From Planctomycetota bacterium (GTDB taxonomy: Bacteria > Planctomycetota > PLA2 > JAEUHO01), in the NCBI GenBank assembly GCA_965223505.1, contig CBDCWP010000038.1:96001-160000 (forward strand): a stretch of 64,000 bases of DNA, given 5' to 3'. The notes below the pieces were generated by a model, which saw only the letters and a list, made by a program, of their open reading frames with translations, did no database searches and was not told where the DNA came from. Both the position numbers and the translations under genes were made by a program. Below, piece after piece: positions 44,970 to 54,708 of the stretch. Within the stretch, counting starts at the first letter, position 1; the number at the start of each line of letters is the position of its first letter.

Positions 44970-46103
44970 CTATCTTCGTCCGCGGACCGGGAACGGGTTC
45001 GCGAACTCGCACTCGATGCTGGTGGCGTTGCCGTCGAAGTCGACCCCCGTGATGATCGCGTTTCCACGGAGGTGGATGTGCGCCCGCAACGCGCTCGGCG
45101 TCGTGAGCACGAAGGCCCCGGCTCGGCTCGTGCGGGTGCGCGTCAGTCGTACGAGGTCGCCGGATCGGAACGGACCGAACGGCCCCGAGCCCTCCGTGTC
45201 GGACACGTAGATCTCCGGATCCGGATCGGTGCCGTCGAACGCGTTGAGCTCGTACACGCCGTGGGAGACCGTCGGGCGCCGCAGCGTACGGCCCTGCGGC
45301 AGGTCGGCCGGCTCGCAGGTCACGAATGGACCGTCCGGCGACGGACGGATCTCGGACGCGAGCAACGCGCTGCCGCCCAACCGCGAGGCGGCGTTGCCGA
45401 GCACCTGCGCGAAGATGCCGATGGTCCAGACTCGAATGCTCGCGCCGTCCACCGACGGCGGAATGAACACGCTGTAGTTCTCGGGCACGCCGAGGATCTG
45501 CGTCGACGTGATGAGGTCGAACCCGTTCGGCCCCACGATCGGAGGATCCGTCGGCTCGCGGGTGTTCGTGCGCACGTTCGTAATGGCGCCGTCGGCCGGG
45601 AGGCCCGCGAGAACGTCGCCGGCAAACGACAGGTCGAATGTCGTCTCGACCCACTCCGCGCCGTCGTGTTCGACGTGCCCGCTGTACTCCATGAAGCCCG
45701 TCACCGTGACGTCGAGGAAGAATCCCAAGTCGGTGAAGTTGACGACGCCGAACTGCGCGAGACCGGACGTGCCCCCCACGATGATCGCCGGGTCCGGACC
45801 GGAGATGAAGTTGGCCGCGCCCGTGTTCGCGATGTCGATCGTCGCGGTACGCGACGCGGCGCTACCGTCGATCATCGACTCCGGCAACGTGAAGCTCGGG
45901 AAGCCCGGCGTCTCTTCCCGGGTCATGACGTCGTCGTGGTACTCCACGACGTGCAGCAGCCCGCTTTCGACGGGGACGCCACCGAGCTCGATCGTGGCCA
46001 GCATCCGAACGCGGTAGTCCGCGATCGCTCCGGCCTCCTTGTCGCCGAAGAACGGCGTCGCGACGAGCGCGAGCGCCAGAACCAGTCGAAGACCATGACG
46101 CAT
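44970..46103 (-). CDS. Hypothetical exported protein
   Basis: GAGGAGG RBS, signal peptide, 377 aa; no motif recognised. Confidence 0.7.
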   Translation of the reverse strand: MRHGLRLVLALALVATPFFGDKEAGAIADYRVRMLATIELGGVPVESGLLHVVEYHDDVMTREETPGFPSFTLPESMIDGSAASRTATIDIANTGAANFISGPDPAIIVGGTSGLAQFGVVNFTDLGFFLDVTVTGFMEYSGHVEHDGAEWVETTFDLSFAGDVLAGLPADGAITNVRTNTREPTDPPIVGPNGFDLITSTQILGVPENYSVFIPPSVDGASIRVWTIGIFAQVLGNAASRLGGSALLASEIRPSPDGPFVTCEPADLPQGRTLRRPTVSHGVYELNAFDGTDPDPEIYVSDTEGSGPFGPFRSGDLVRLTRTRTSRAGAFVLTTPSALRAHIHLRGNAIITGVDFDGNATSIECEFANPFPVRGRR

Positions 46104-46219
46104 TGCGACCTCCTCATCCCCGGGGCTCCCAAGTGCGCTGAAGTGTAGACACGGCCGCCTTCGGATGGCAAGCCGCTTGGGCCGGCGCTATGGTGTGGCG
46201 CGCTGCGAAGGAGACCGCC

Positions 46220-46690
46220 ATGCCGACCAAAGCCGCGACCGTGAAGGACTACATCGACAGCCTGCCGGACGACCGTCGCAAGGCGATTCGCAAGGTGCGC
46301 GCCGCTGTGAACAAGGGCCTGCCCAAGGGCTACAAGGAAGGCATCCAGTACGGCATGATCGGTTGGTACGTCCCTCACCGGCTCTTTCCCGCCGGATACC
46401 ACTGTGATCCCTCGCAGGGTGTGCCGTTCGCGGGACTCGCCTCCCAGAAGAACTACATGTCGCTCTATCTGATGTGCATCTACGGCGACGAGAAGCAGCG
46501 CAAGCAGTTCGAGAAGGACTGGAAGAAGACAGGGCACAAGCTGAACATGGGCAAGTCCTGTATCCGCTTCAAGAGCGCGGACGACGTGCCGTTGGACGTG
46601 GTCACGAAGGCCGTGGCGCGCGTTCCGGTCGACATCTTCATCGCGCACTACGAGAAATCGATCCCTGCGAGCAAGCGCAAGAAGCGCTGA
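46220..46690 (+). CDS. DUF1801 (YdhG-like) protein
   Basis: YGMIGWYVP...YHCDP and LASQKNYMSLY...MGKSCIRFK; AAGGAG RBS. Confidence 0.9.
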   Translation: MPTKAATVKDYIDSLPDDRRKAIRKVRAAVNKGLPKGYKEGIQYGMIGWYVPHRLFPAGYHCDPSQGVPFAGLASQKNYMSLYLMCIYGDEKQRKQFEKDWKKTGHKLNMGKSCIRFKSADDVPLDVVTKAVARVPVDIFIAHYEKSIPASKRKKR

Positions 46691-46701
46691 CGCCTCCGCG
46701 T

Positions 46702-47439
46702 TCAACCGCCCTTCTGAAACGTCTCCACGTCGAGCTGAAGCGCGTGGGGCTCGGAGGGCGCGGCGGCGACGTGCCGGACCCGCGCCTCCCCGGCCCACAG
46801 CTGATGGTTGCCGTCCACGATCTCGAGCACCGGCGCGGGGCCGTACTCGCGCGCCAACGCCATCGCCATGGTCGACACCTCGCGATCAGACAGGTCCAGG
46901 CCCTGATTCGGATTCGCGCGGAACGTCGCACGGGTATCGCTGAGGCCGGTCGTTCGGCCCGGCAGCATACGACCGCCGTATCCCTCCGTGGGTAGCAGAT
47001 AGGCTTCGTATTGCCGGCGCGCAGTCGGGCCGGTCAAGACGGGCGGCGGAGGCGGCGTTCCCATCGGCGGCAAGTCGAGATCGAGCACACGGGTCTCGTC
47101 GTCGGAGAGCGGTTCGGTGAACGAGCATCCGAGCTCGAGCGTGCCTTCGCGACCGCGCTCCTGCCCCAGGCGAACGACGTGAAGTCGCTTGCGCACGAGC
47201 TGGCCGAGCGCCTCGTGATCCAGATCCACGTTGAAGCGAGCGCCGAAGTGCTGCTCGACGACACGCCCGAGGCGCAGCAGGTCGTCGCCGTCGAGGCATC
47301 CAAGCGCTGCGAGGTCGACATGCAGGCGCAAGCCCATGCGGCTGATGTCCAGGACGGTGCCGCGGACGTCGGCGTCGCGGCCAAAGACACGGGCCGGCAG
47401 GTTGCACGGGACGCGCAGGGCGCGGCGCTGGTGGGTCAT
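46702..47439 (-). CDS. PilZ domain-containing protein
   Basis: QRRALR and DISRMG motifs; paralog of 3914..4789. Confidence 0.75.
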   Translation of the reverse strand: MTHQRRALRVPCNLPARVFGRDADVRGTVLDISRMGLRLHVDLAALGCLDGDDLLRLGRVVEQHFGARFNVDLDHEALGQLVRKRLHVVRLGQERGREGTLELGCSFTEPLSDDETRVLDLDLPPMGTPPPPPVLTGPTARRQYEAYLLPTEGYGGRMLPGRTTGLSDTRATFRANPNQGLDLSDREVSTMAMALAREYGPAPVLEIVDGNHQLWAGEARVRHVAAAPSEPHALQLDVETFQKGG

Positions 47440-47597
47440 CGCGGACTCTCCGCCCCGCCACCACCGACCTCCGGAACTCCTTTCGACCACTCATGAACGT
47501 CTCTGAACACTTGATGCGCCGTCAGACGGTTTTTGGGGGGAGTCCAAGCCGGACGTCTCAGTTCGAGACGGGTGAAACGGCCTCGAGCCTGGGCGGG

Positions 47598-48737
47598 TCA
47601 GGTGCGCGCGCGGATCTCGTAGCGCAGCCAACGGCAGTCGATCGGGCCGTTCATCACGGGCACGCGCCTGCTCACGCGCAGGCCCAGGTACCGCGTCAGC
47701 GCCTTGTTGCCCGAGAGCACCCAGGCCGTCGCGCCTGCGCACCGCCGGTGCAGGAAGTTCCCGAGCGCCACCCACGAGTCCTCGAGGTCGCCGTCTTCGC
47801 CGAGGCGCTCTCCGTAGGGCGGATTGCACACCACGACGGCCGGTGGCGCCGCCGGCTCGAACGAGCGGGCGTCGCCCACGGTGAAGTCGACCAGCCCATC
47901 GACGTTCGCCTCCCACGCGCCGCGCTTCGCCAGGTCGATCGCGCCGCGATGGCGATCCGACCCCTGGATCGGAAAGTCGAGGGAGTGTCGTGCGCGGGCC
48001 TTCGCGTCGTCGAGCAAGGCGGTCCACAGCGCTTCGTCGAAGTCCGGCCATCGCTCGAACGGAAAGGCGCGGCTCAGCCCCGGCGCGCGATCGGTCGCGA
48101 GCAGCGCCGCTTCGATCGGAAGGGTGCCGGAGCCGCACATCGGATCGACGAGCGGCGAAGCCCGGTCCCAGTCGCTCAGCAACAGGAGGCCTGCCGCCGT
48201 CGCCTCGTTGAGCGGGCTCTTGACCTGCACCGGCCGGTAGCCGCGCTTATGCAGGCTCTTTCCGGCGTAGTCGCGGTAGAGCAGCAGCCGCGTGCCCTGC
48301 AGAACGAGCTTGAGCGGCAGGTCGGGGGTCTTGCGATCGATGCTGGGCCGCGCGCCATGCCGCGCCCGGACCACGTCGACGATGGCGTCCTTGGCCTTCA
48401 GTGTGACGAAACCGGAATGCCGCATCGAGGGCGCGTCGCGTACGCTCGAGTAGATCGCAAGCGTTTGATCCGGCGCGATCCACTCGTTCCAGTCGATGTC
48501 CGCGACGGCGTCGTACAGGTCATCGGCATCGTGAACTTGCGCGCGCAGGAGCTCTTCCTGCACGCGAATCGCCGAGCGCAGCCAGAGACACGCCGCGTAC
48601 CCCAGACGCCGGTCGCCGCGAAACGCGACGCCGCCGCGGCGCACCTCGATGTCGAGCGCGCCGAGCTCGCGCAGCTCGCCCTCGAGCGCAGGCTCGAGGC
48701 CTTTGCTGCACGCGGCGAAGTAGGGCCGGTCCCCCAT
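47598..48737 (-). CDS. rlmL: THUMP-domain rRNA methyltransferase (RlmL-like)
   Basis: KAKDAIVD, SLHKRGYR, PLNEATAAG, DPMCGSGT and NPPYGER. Confidence 0.88.
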   Translation of the reverse strand: MGDRPYFAACSKGLEPALEGELRELGALDIEVRRGGVAFRGDRRLGYAACLWLRSAIRVQEELLRAQVHDADDLYDAVADIDWNEWIAPDQTLAIYSSVRDAPSMRHSGFVTLKAKDAIVDVVRARHGARPSIDRKTPDLPLKLVLQGTRLLLYRDYAGKSLHKRGYRPVQVKSPLNEATAAGLLLLSDWDRASPLVDPMCGSGTLPIEAALLATDRAPGLSRAFPFERWPDFDEALWTALLDDAKARARHSLDFPIQGSDRHRGAIDLAKRGAWEANVDGLVDFTVGDARSFEPAAPPAVVVCNPPYGERLGEDGDLEDSWVALGNFLHRRCAGATAWVLSGNKALTRYLGLRVSRRVPVMNGPIDCRWLRYEIRART

Positions 48738-48797
48738 ACGGGAACCGTATGCCGGGTGCGTTCTCGCGAGCGAATCAAACCCGTGAGACGACCTGCG

Positions 48798-50033
48798 CTA
48801 CCGCGTGCTTCGCCACCAATCAGTCCATTGCGAGCCGACCACATTCGGCCGGTTGTTCATGAACTTGATCGCGGCGCCGGGCGGCGCGCTGGGGGGCGTC
48901 ACGCCCTTCGGCCCCGCGTCGAGGATGCGCCACCACAGGGCCAGTATGCCCGGCCAGCCGGTCGCGCCGTCCGGAAGCGGCTTGGGCGGCTCGTCGAGGA
49001 TGCGACGGGTCTGCCACGCGTCGTAGCGCGCGGTGTAGAGCGCAAGCCTGGCTTCCTCCTTTTTGTTGCGTTTCGCCTTCGCCGTCAGCGACCTCGACGC
49101 CCGGCCTTCTTCGTCGGAGAGCTCGATGGTCGCGCCGAGAATGCGCTTCCCGCGCGCCTTCAGGATCGCCGCCGGCAGCGCATGTAGCGCGACGATCGCT
49201 TCCTCGAGCACGGCGGGCGCCGTCTCGGGCATGTGATCGAGCATCAACGGAACCGCATCCGCGTCGCCCGCCGTGCCCAACGCGTGCAGCATCGCCACGA
49301 GCGTCGCGTCCGCCACCCGGTCCTTCTTCTTCTTGCGCCACTTCCCGAGCATCACACGCGACGCCTTGCACGGCACGAGTGCGAGCGCGACGACGATCTC
49401 GCGCTCGAGCGCTTCCGGCGCTTTCGCCAACACCTTGCGTACGGCACTCTCGACGGCGCGGCCGGCACGCTTGGGGTCGTCGGTGACGTCGCAGCCGCCG
49501 ATGCACGCGATGGAGCTCCGCAGGGCCTCGACCAACGCGCCCCGGGCAGGCTCGCTGGTCGCGCGCGGCCAAAGACGCGGCGCGTTCGCTGCCAACCAGA
49601 CATGAGCGCCTCCGCACCGCGACGCACGACAGGCCTCAGACAGACCGGTCACGAGCCGGGCATCGTCGATCGGGCCCGCGAGCGCGGCATCCAGGATCGC
49701 GCGCCCCGACTTGCGGCAGACCGCCGCCGCCACCGCCCAGACGCGAACGCGCACGTCGTACGGCGCGGTCCGGGAAAGCGCGGTCAGCGTCGGCATGAGG
49801 TCATCGAGCACGTTGTCGTCGATCGATTCGATACTCTCTCGAAGCGCCGCAGCCATCTCGTCGAGCGCGTCGTCCACCGCGGACGCATCGTTCCGGCCGT
49901 TCGCTTCGTAGTGCTCGGCCGCGGCGCGAAGCTTCGTCGCAGCCGTCAGCGCCCGGTCCACGCCCTCGTCGGCGTTCGCGTGCGATGGCAGGAACCAGAT
50001 ACAAAGCACCGCGCACAGCGAAGTCGTTCGCAT
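48798..50033 (-). CDS. Exported HEAT-repeat-like protein
   Basis: Signal peptide (ANA); helical repeats with ALG..G and AVPLM; ends WTDWW. Confidence 0.65.
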   Translation of the reverse strand: MRTTSLCAVLCIWFLPSHANADEGVDRALTAATKLRAAAEHYEANGRNDASAVDDALDEMAAALRESIESIDDNVLDDLMPTLTALSRTAPYDVRVRVWAVAAAVCRKSGRAILDAALAGPIDDARLVTGLSEACRASRCGGAHVWLAANAPRLWPRATSEPARGALVEALRSSIACIGGCDVTDDPKRAGRAVESAVRKVLAKAPEALEREIVVALALVPCKASRVMLGKWRKKKKDRVADATLVAMLHALGTAGDADAVPLMLDHMPETAPAVLEEAIVALHALPAAILKARGKRILGATIELSDEEGRASRSLTAKAKRNKKEEARLALYTARYDAWQTRRILDEPPKPLPDGATGWPGILALWWRILDAGPKGVTPPSAPPGAAIKFMNNRPNVVGSQWTDWWRSTR

Positions 50034-50131
50034 CGAGCTGCCGTCCTTCCCGTTGGTTCCAACGCCGTCAGCGCTCCCCTTGCATCGAAAACCGGCATCG
50101 CGCCTCACGCCCTCTTGTACCCTCCCGTGCC

Positions 50132-52555
50132 GTGACGCGCTTCCGCAAGCTCATCTCCGACAGCTGGTGGCTGATCCTGCTGGTGCTGGCGGGCGCGGTG
50201 GTCTTCCTCGGGCCGTGGGTGCCCAAGCTGCGGGTGCACGCGGGAACGTCGGTCTTGCTCGGCGAGAACGACCCGGACCTGGCGTACTACGACAGCACGC
50301 GCCCCCTGTGGGGCTACGACGAGTACGCGATCGTGTGCGTCACGCGCGACGACTGGATCAATCCGGAGGGCGTCGCGATGCTCGAGGAGCTCGTGGCGGA
50401 CCTGGAAGCCGTCCCCCACGTGCGGCCCGTCGTTTCGCTGCTCGACGTGCCCTTGCTTCGGCAAGAGCCGGGGCGGTTCATCAACCCGGCGGCGGTCAAG
50501 ACACTCGACGACGAGGGCGTCGACTTCGACCTCGCGCGCGAGGAGCTCGTCAACCACACCCAGGCGCGCGGCAACCTGATCTCGGCCGACGGACGCGCCG
50601 TGTCGATCCTGGCATATCTCGACATTCCGCCGGAAGCGATCGAGCTCGACAAGATGTGGTCCGCGCTGCGCGGGCGAAGGCTGACCGACCCGGAGGCGGC
50701 AGCGGAGATCGAGCGCCGGCAGCCCGAGCGCGACGCGGCGGTCGCCGAGTTCGCCGCCCGACGGATCGAGATGGTTCAAGGCGTGCGCGAGGTGGCCGCG
50801 AAGTGGGAGACGAAGCTCGACGAGCCCGTGCGGCTCTCCGGCATCTCGGTCATCAACACGAACATCAAGGAGCATCTCAACGCGGACCTGAGCACGTTCA
50901 GCATCGTCTCGCTCGTCTTCTTCACGGTGGCGTTCCTGCTCGTGTATCGCAAGCTGCGGTTCGTCTGGCTGCCGATGGTCACGTGCGTGCTCCCGGTCGT
51001 GCTGATCGTCGGGGCGATGAGCTTCCTCGACGTGACCGTGACCCTCATCACGGCGAACCTGCCGCTGCTGCTGTTCACGCTGGTGCTGCCGTACGCCGTC
51101 TACTTCATCGAGCGCTACAGGGAGCGGCGCGCCGTCGAACCCGGTGAGCCGGGCCAGGACAGCACGGCCCATGCGGCCAGCCGGATCTGGTTGCCGTGTC
51201 TGTTCTCGTGCACGACGACGATGGCGGGGTTCGCGGCGCTGTTGACCAGCGACACGCGGCCCGTGCACGACTTCGGGCTGTTCATGGTGATCGGCATGGG
51301 CGCGGGGTTGATCATCGTGTTCCTGGCCATCCCGGCGATGTCGCGCCCGCTGCCGGCCATGACGGTCGCGTCGGCGGGCGCCAAGGCCGGGCCGACCAAG
51401 ATCGTGCGGCTCTTCGAACGGGCCGCGTTGAACGCGCCGGTCCCGGTCGTGATCGGGACGGCGGCGGTGCTCGCACTGGCGATCTGGGGCGCGACCCGGA
51501 TCAGCGCGCAGTCCAAGGTCACCGAGTATTTCAAGGACGACAGCGAGGTCTACCTCGGACTCGAGTACATCGACAGGGAGATGGGCGGTACGACGCCGCT
51601 CGAGATCATGATCGAGTCCGAGGAAGAAGGCTTCTTCTTGAAGCCCGAGGGCCTCGAGGCGTTGGCGGCCGCCGGGCGATTCTTCGACGGCGTGAGAGAA
51701 ACAGGCAGCGTCCGTTCCCTACACACGATGGTGGAGGAGCTGAAGAAGAAGAACGAGAACATCGTGCCCGTGCTGCCGTTCCTGGCCAAGCAGGAGATGG
51801 TGCGCAACGTCACGAGGGAGTTCGCCAACGAGGACTACACCATCTCTCGCGTGCTCGTCCGACTACGGGAGACCGCCCCCACGCTCGACCGCGACGTGAT
51901 CCTGCGTGACCTACGCGCGTACCTGGAAGCGCAACCCGAGCTCGAGGGGCTGAAGGTGCGCGAGACCGGCGTGTTCCTGCTCTACAACAACATGTTGAAC
52001 AGCCTCGTACGCACGCAGAAGCGCACCTTCTACTACGTCGTGCTGGCGATCTTCCTGATGCTGCTCGTGTTGTTCCGGTCGATCCCGCTCGCGATTCTCG
52101 TGCTGCTGCCGCAGGTGCTGCCCGCCGTCGCCACGCTCGGTGCGATGGGCTGGATGGGAATTCCGCTCGACCTCATCACGGTGGTCATCGCGTCCATCGC
52201 GATGGGCATCGGCATCGACGCGTCCATCCAGTACACGTTCCGCTACCGGCACGAGCTCGACCGCGACGGCGATCCGCGTGCGGCGCTCACACGCGCGCAC
52301 GCCACGATCGGACGCGCGATCTGGATCGCGACGTCGGTGATCATCGCGGGGTTCCTGATCCTGGTGCTGTCGGAGTTCCGGCCTTCGATCTGGTTCGGCC
52401 TGTTCACGGCGATCGCGATGTTGATCAGCCAGGTGGCGGCGCTGACGACGCTGCCGTCGCTGTTCCTGCTGACCGGACTGCCGAAGCCGCGGAAGACCGC
52501 TACGACGCCTCCGGTTGCCCAAGCTCCGCAAGACGCTCCTTCGCCAGGGCCTTGA
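50132..52555 (+). CDS. MMPL/RND family transporter
   Basis: Two repeats of TM + large loop + 5 TM; TTTMAGF, GGTTPLEI and MGIGIDASIQY. GTG 50132. Confidence 0.9.
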   Translation: MTRFRKLISDSWWLILLVLAGAVVFLGPWVPKLRVHAGTSVLLGENDPDLAYYDSTRPLWGYDEYAIVCVTRDDWINPEGVAMLEELVADLEAVPHVRPVVSLLDVPLLRQEPGRFINPAAVKTLDDEGVDFDLAREELVNHTQARGNLISADGRAVSILAYLDIPPEAIELDKMWSALRGRRLTDPEAAAEIERRQPERDAAVAEFAARRIEMVQGVREVAAKWETKLDEPVRLSGISVINTNIKEHLNADLSTFSIVSLVFFTVAFLLVYRKLRFVWLPMVTCVLPVVLIVGAMSFLDVTVTLITANLPLLLFTLVLPYAVYFIERYRERRAVEPGEPGQDSTAHAASRIWLPCLFSCTTTMAGFAALLTSDTRPVHDFGLFMVIGMGAGLIIVFLAIPAMSRPLPAMTVASAGAKAGPTKIVRLFERAALNAPVPVVIGTAAVLALAIWGATRISAQSKVTEYFKDDSEVYLGLEYIDREMGGTTPLEIMIESEEEGFFLKPEGLEALAAAGRFFDGVRETGSVRSLHTMVEELKKKNENIVPVLPFLAKQEMVRNVTREFANEDYTISRVLVRLRETAPTLDRDVILRDLRAYLEAQPELEGLKVRETGVFLLYNNMLNSLVRTQKRTFYYVVLAIFLMLLVLFRSIPLAILVLLPQVLPAVATLGAMGWMGIPLDLITVVIASIAMGIGIDASIQYTFRYRHELDRDGDPRAALTRAHATIGRAIWIATSVIIAGFLILVLSEFRPSIWFGLFTAIAMLISQVAALTTLPSLFLLTGLPKPRKTATTPPVAQAPQDAPSPGP

Positions 52556-53873
52556 GGTCTTCCAGACCGTCGAGCGAAGGATCCTCCGGCAGCGACTCGA
52601 GGCCCTTCAGGAACGTCCCGGGCATCCAGTCGGCGGTGCTCAGCTTCATCCCGCGCTTGCCGGTCTTCAACGCACGCTTCTTGTCGCCGGCGAAGAGCTG
52701 CATCTCGGCCAGGTCGTAGAACGACCACGGCACGTCGATCGGCGGCTCGTGCTCGACCTGCGACTCGCGGAATCCCTCGGCCTTGATGAGCATTCGATTC
52801 GTCTTGTCGTCGAGCGTCCACTTGCCGTCGCGACGGGCCCGCAGCTTCAGCGCGTTGAGCAGCGGATAGGCGTGGCCGTTCGACACCTCGACCGACTTCT
52901 CGTAACAGCGCAGGGCCTCCGCCTCGTCGCCGGCGCGCTTCATCACCCCGCCGAGACTGGCCCACGCGTCGAAGTCGTTGGGCGCGTACTGCACCGCCTT
53001 GCGCAGCGACTCCTCGCCGGCGCGCGGAATCGTCTTGCCGTCCTTCTTGTTCTGGGCGATCCCCAGCTCGCGATAGGCCTCGCCGTAGCTCGACTCCTCG
53101 CGGTTGCCCAGCTTGGCTTCCTTCGCCAACGCCGAGTGCATGAGCGCGATCACCTTGTCCCACTCGCCCTGGCTCTTGGGGTGGGCGCTCGCCTTGAGAT
53201 CGTGGAGCGGGTTGTCGGGGTCGAGCTCCGCGGCGCGCTCCCAAAGCGCCGCGGCTTCCTGCGGCTTCTCGTTGCGCAGGGCGTTCTCCGCCTGCATGAG
53301 AATGTCCTCGAGTGCGTCGGCCTGTGGCGCCTCCTGCTGTCCGCGCAGGGCGAGTCGAATCGGGCTGTCCCACGCGTTCTGCTCGAGGGACTCGGTGAGT
53401 ACCTGCCGGATGAGCTTCTTCGACTTCTTGCGATGCTTCTTCGGTTCGATGATGTAGGGAAACGCCTTGATCTGGTTGATGTCGAACGGAATCGGTGCGT
53501 CTTCCTGCCGAAAGATCACCGTGCCCGACTCGTGCGCGCGGTGACGGGCGCCCAGCTCGTAGAAGACGTTGGCGTTCAGACCCGTGATGTCGGCGAGCGC
53601 GAAGCGCGAGTACTCGATGTACTCGAACATGGCCTGGCTGATGTCGCCCGAGAAGAAGTCCTTGTCCGTGCGCTTCGCGCGTAGCGTTCCGCCGCCCTCG
53701 GACGCGGGGAGCTCGACGGCATTGATGGCCGGCTCGAAGACCTTCTCGTAGATCTTGTCGAAGTTGACCTTCCGCTTCTTCTTGCCCGCCCCCACTTCCT
53801 TCTTGCCGAAGGGCATGATGACGAAACACACGTCGCGATAGCGTGACGGATCACTCTTGGCAGCTTCAGGCAT
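52500..53873 (-). CDS. Nucleoside deoxyribosyltransferase/hydrolase-like (DRHyd/DUF4071-type) domain + TPR repeats
   Basis: CFVIMPFG..NFDKIY...RTD...ADITGLNANVFYELGARH...IPFDI followed by TPR-like helices. Confidence 0.8.
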   Translation of the reverse strand: MPEAAKSDPSRYRDVCFVIMPFGKKEVGAGKKKRKVNFDKIYEKVFEPAINAVELPASEGGGTLRAKRTDKDFFSGDISQAMFEYIEYSRFALADITGLNANVFYELGARHRAHESGTVIFRQEDAPIPFDINQIKAFPYIIEPKKHRKKSKKLIRQVLTESLEQNAWDSPIRLALRGQQEAPQADALEDILMQAENALRNEKPQEAAALWERAAELDPDNPLHDLKASAHPKSQGEWDKVIALMHSALAKEAKLGNREESSYGEAYRELGIAQNKKDGKTIPRAGEESLRKAVQYAPNDFDAWASLGGVMKRAGDEAEALRCYEKSVEVSNGHAYPLLNALKLRARRDGKWTLDDKTNRMLIKAEGFRESQVEHEPPIDVPWSFYDLAEMQLFAGDKKRALKTGKRGMKLSTADWMPGTFLKGLESLPEDPSLDGLEDLKALAKERLAELGQPEAS

Positions 53874-53988
53874 GTCCGGGTCCCCGTGATCAACGTCCCG
53901 AGCATAGCGGGTTTCTGGAACGTGTTCATTACTCTGCGGATTTCGGAATTGGGTAGGCTGGCCGCCGTCACGGATGCGGAGGTGCGGA

Positions 53989-54702
53989 ATGCCCGATGTG
54001 GTTTCGATGGCCGAGTGGATCGAGGCACGGCGTGTGCTGCTGACCAAGGAGAAGGAGCTCACGCGGCTTCGCGACGAGGTCGCCCGGCAGCGGCGCGACC
54101 TGCCGTGGGTGCGCGTGGAGAAGGCCTACGCATTCGAGGGAACCGGCGGGACGAAGTCGCTCGGCGATCTGTTCGCCGGTCGCAGCCAGCTCATCGTCTA
54201 CCACTTCATGTTCGATCCGACCTGGGAGGCAGGCTGCAAGAGCTGCGCGTTCGTCACCGATCACTTCGACGCGGCCGTCCCGCACCTGAACGCGCGCGAC
54301 GTCACGCTCGTCGTCGTCTCCCGGGCGCCGCTGGCGACGCTGCAGGCGTTTCGCGCACGCATGGGCTGGAAGTTCGAGTGGCTGTCGTCCCACGACTCCG
54401 ACTTCAACTACGACTACGACGTCTCGTTCACGCCCGAGCAGGAGCAGTCTGGCGAGATTCGGTACAACTTCCGCCCGACGCAGTACTTCGCTTCCGAGGG
54501 CCCCGGCATCAGCGTGTTCGCGAAAGACGGCGACGAGATCTTCCACACGTACTCGAGCTACTCGCGTGGACTCGACCTGCTCATCGGCGCGTACAACCTG
54601 ATCGACCTCACACCGAAGGGGCGGCAGGAAGAGGGCCTGCCGTTCGCGATGGCGTGGGTGCGCCATCACGACAGCTACGACGAGAGTTCCGTCTCTCCCT
54701 AG
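53989..54702 (+). CDS. DUF899 thioredoxin-like protein
   Basis: KEKELTR.RD..RRDLPWV, LFAGRSQLIVYHFMF, CKSC and DLTPKGR. Confidence 0.92.
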   Translation: MPDVVSMAEWIEARRVLLTKEKELTRLRDEVARQRRDLPWVRVEKAYAFEGTGGTKSLGDLFAGRSQLIVYHFMFDPTWEAGCKSCAFVTDHFDAAVPHLNARDVTLVVVSRAPLATLQAFRARMGWKFEWLSSHDSDFNYDYDVSFTPEQEQSGEIRYNFRPTQYFASEGPGISVFAKDGDEIFHTYSSYSRGLDLLIGAYNLIDLTPKGRQEEGLPFAMAWVRHHDSYDESSVSP

Positions 54703-54708
54703 CCCGGG

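Noticed and set aside
47440..47597. c-di-GMP riboswitch upstream of the PilZ gene; hairpin CGTCTC-N5-GAGACG at 47554-47570
   Set aside because: No recognisable GEMM consensus, and a 6-bp stem is expected by chance.
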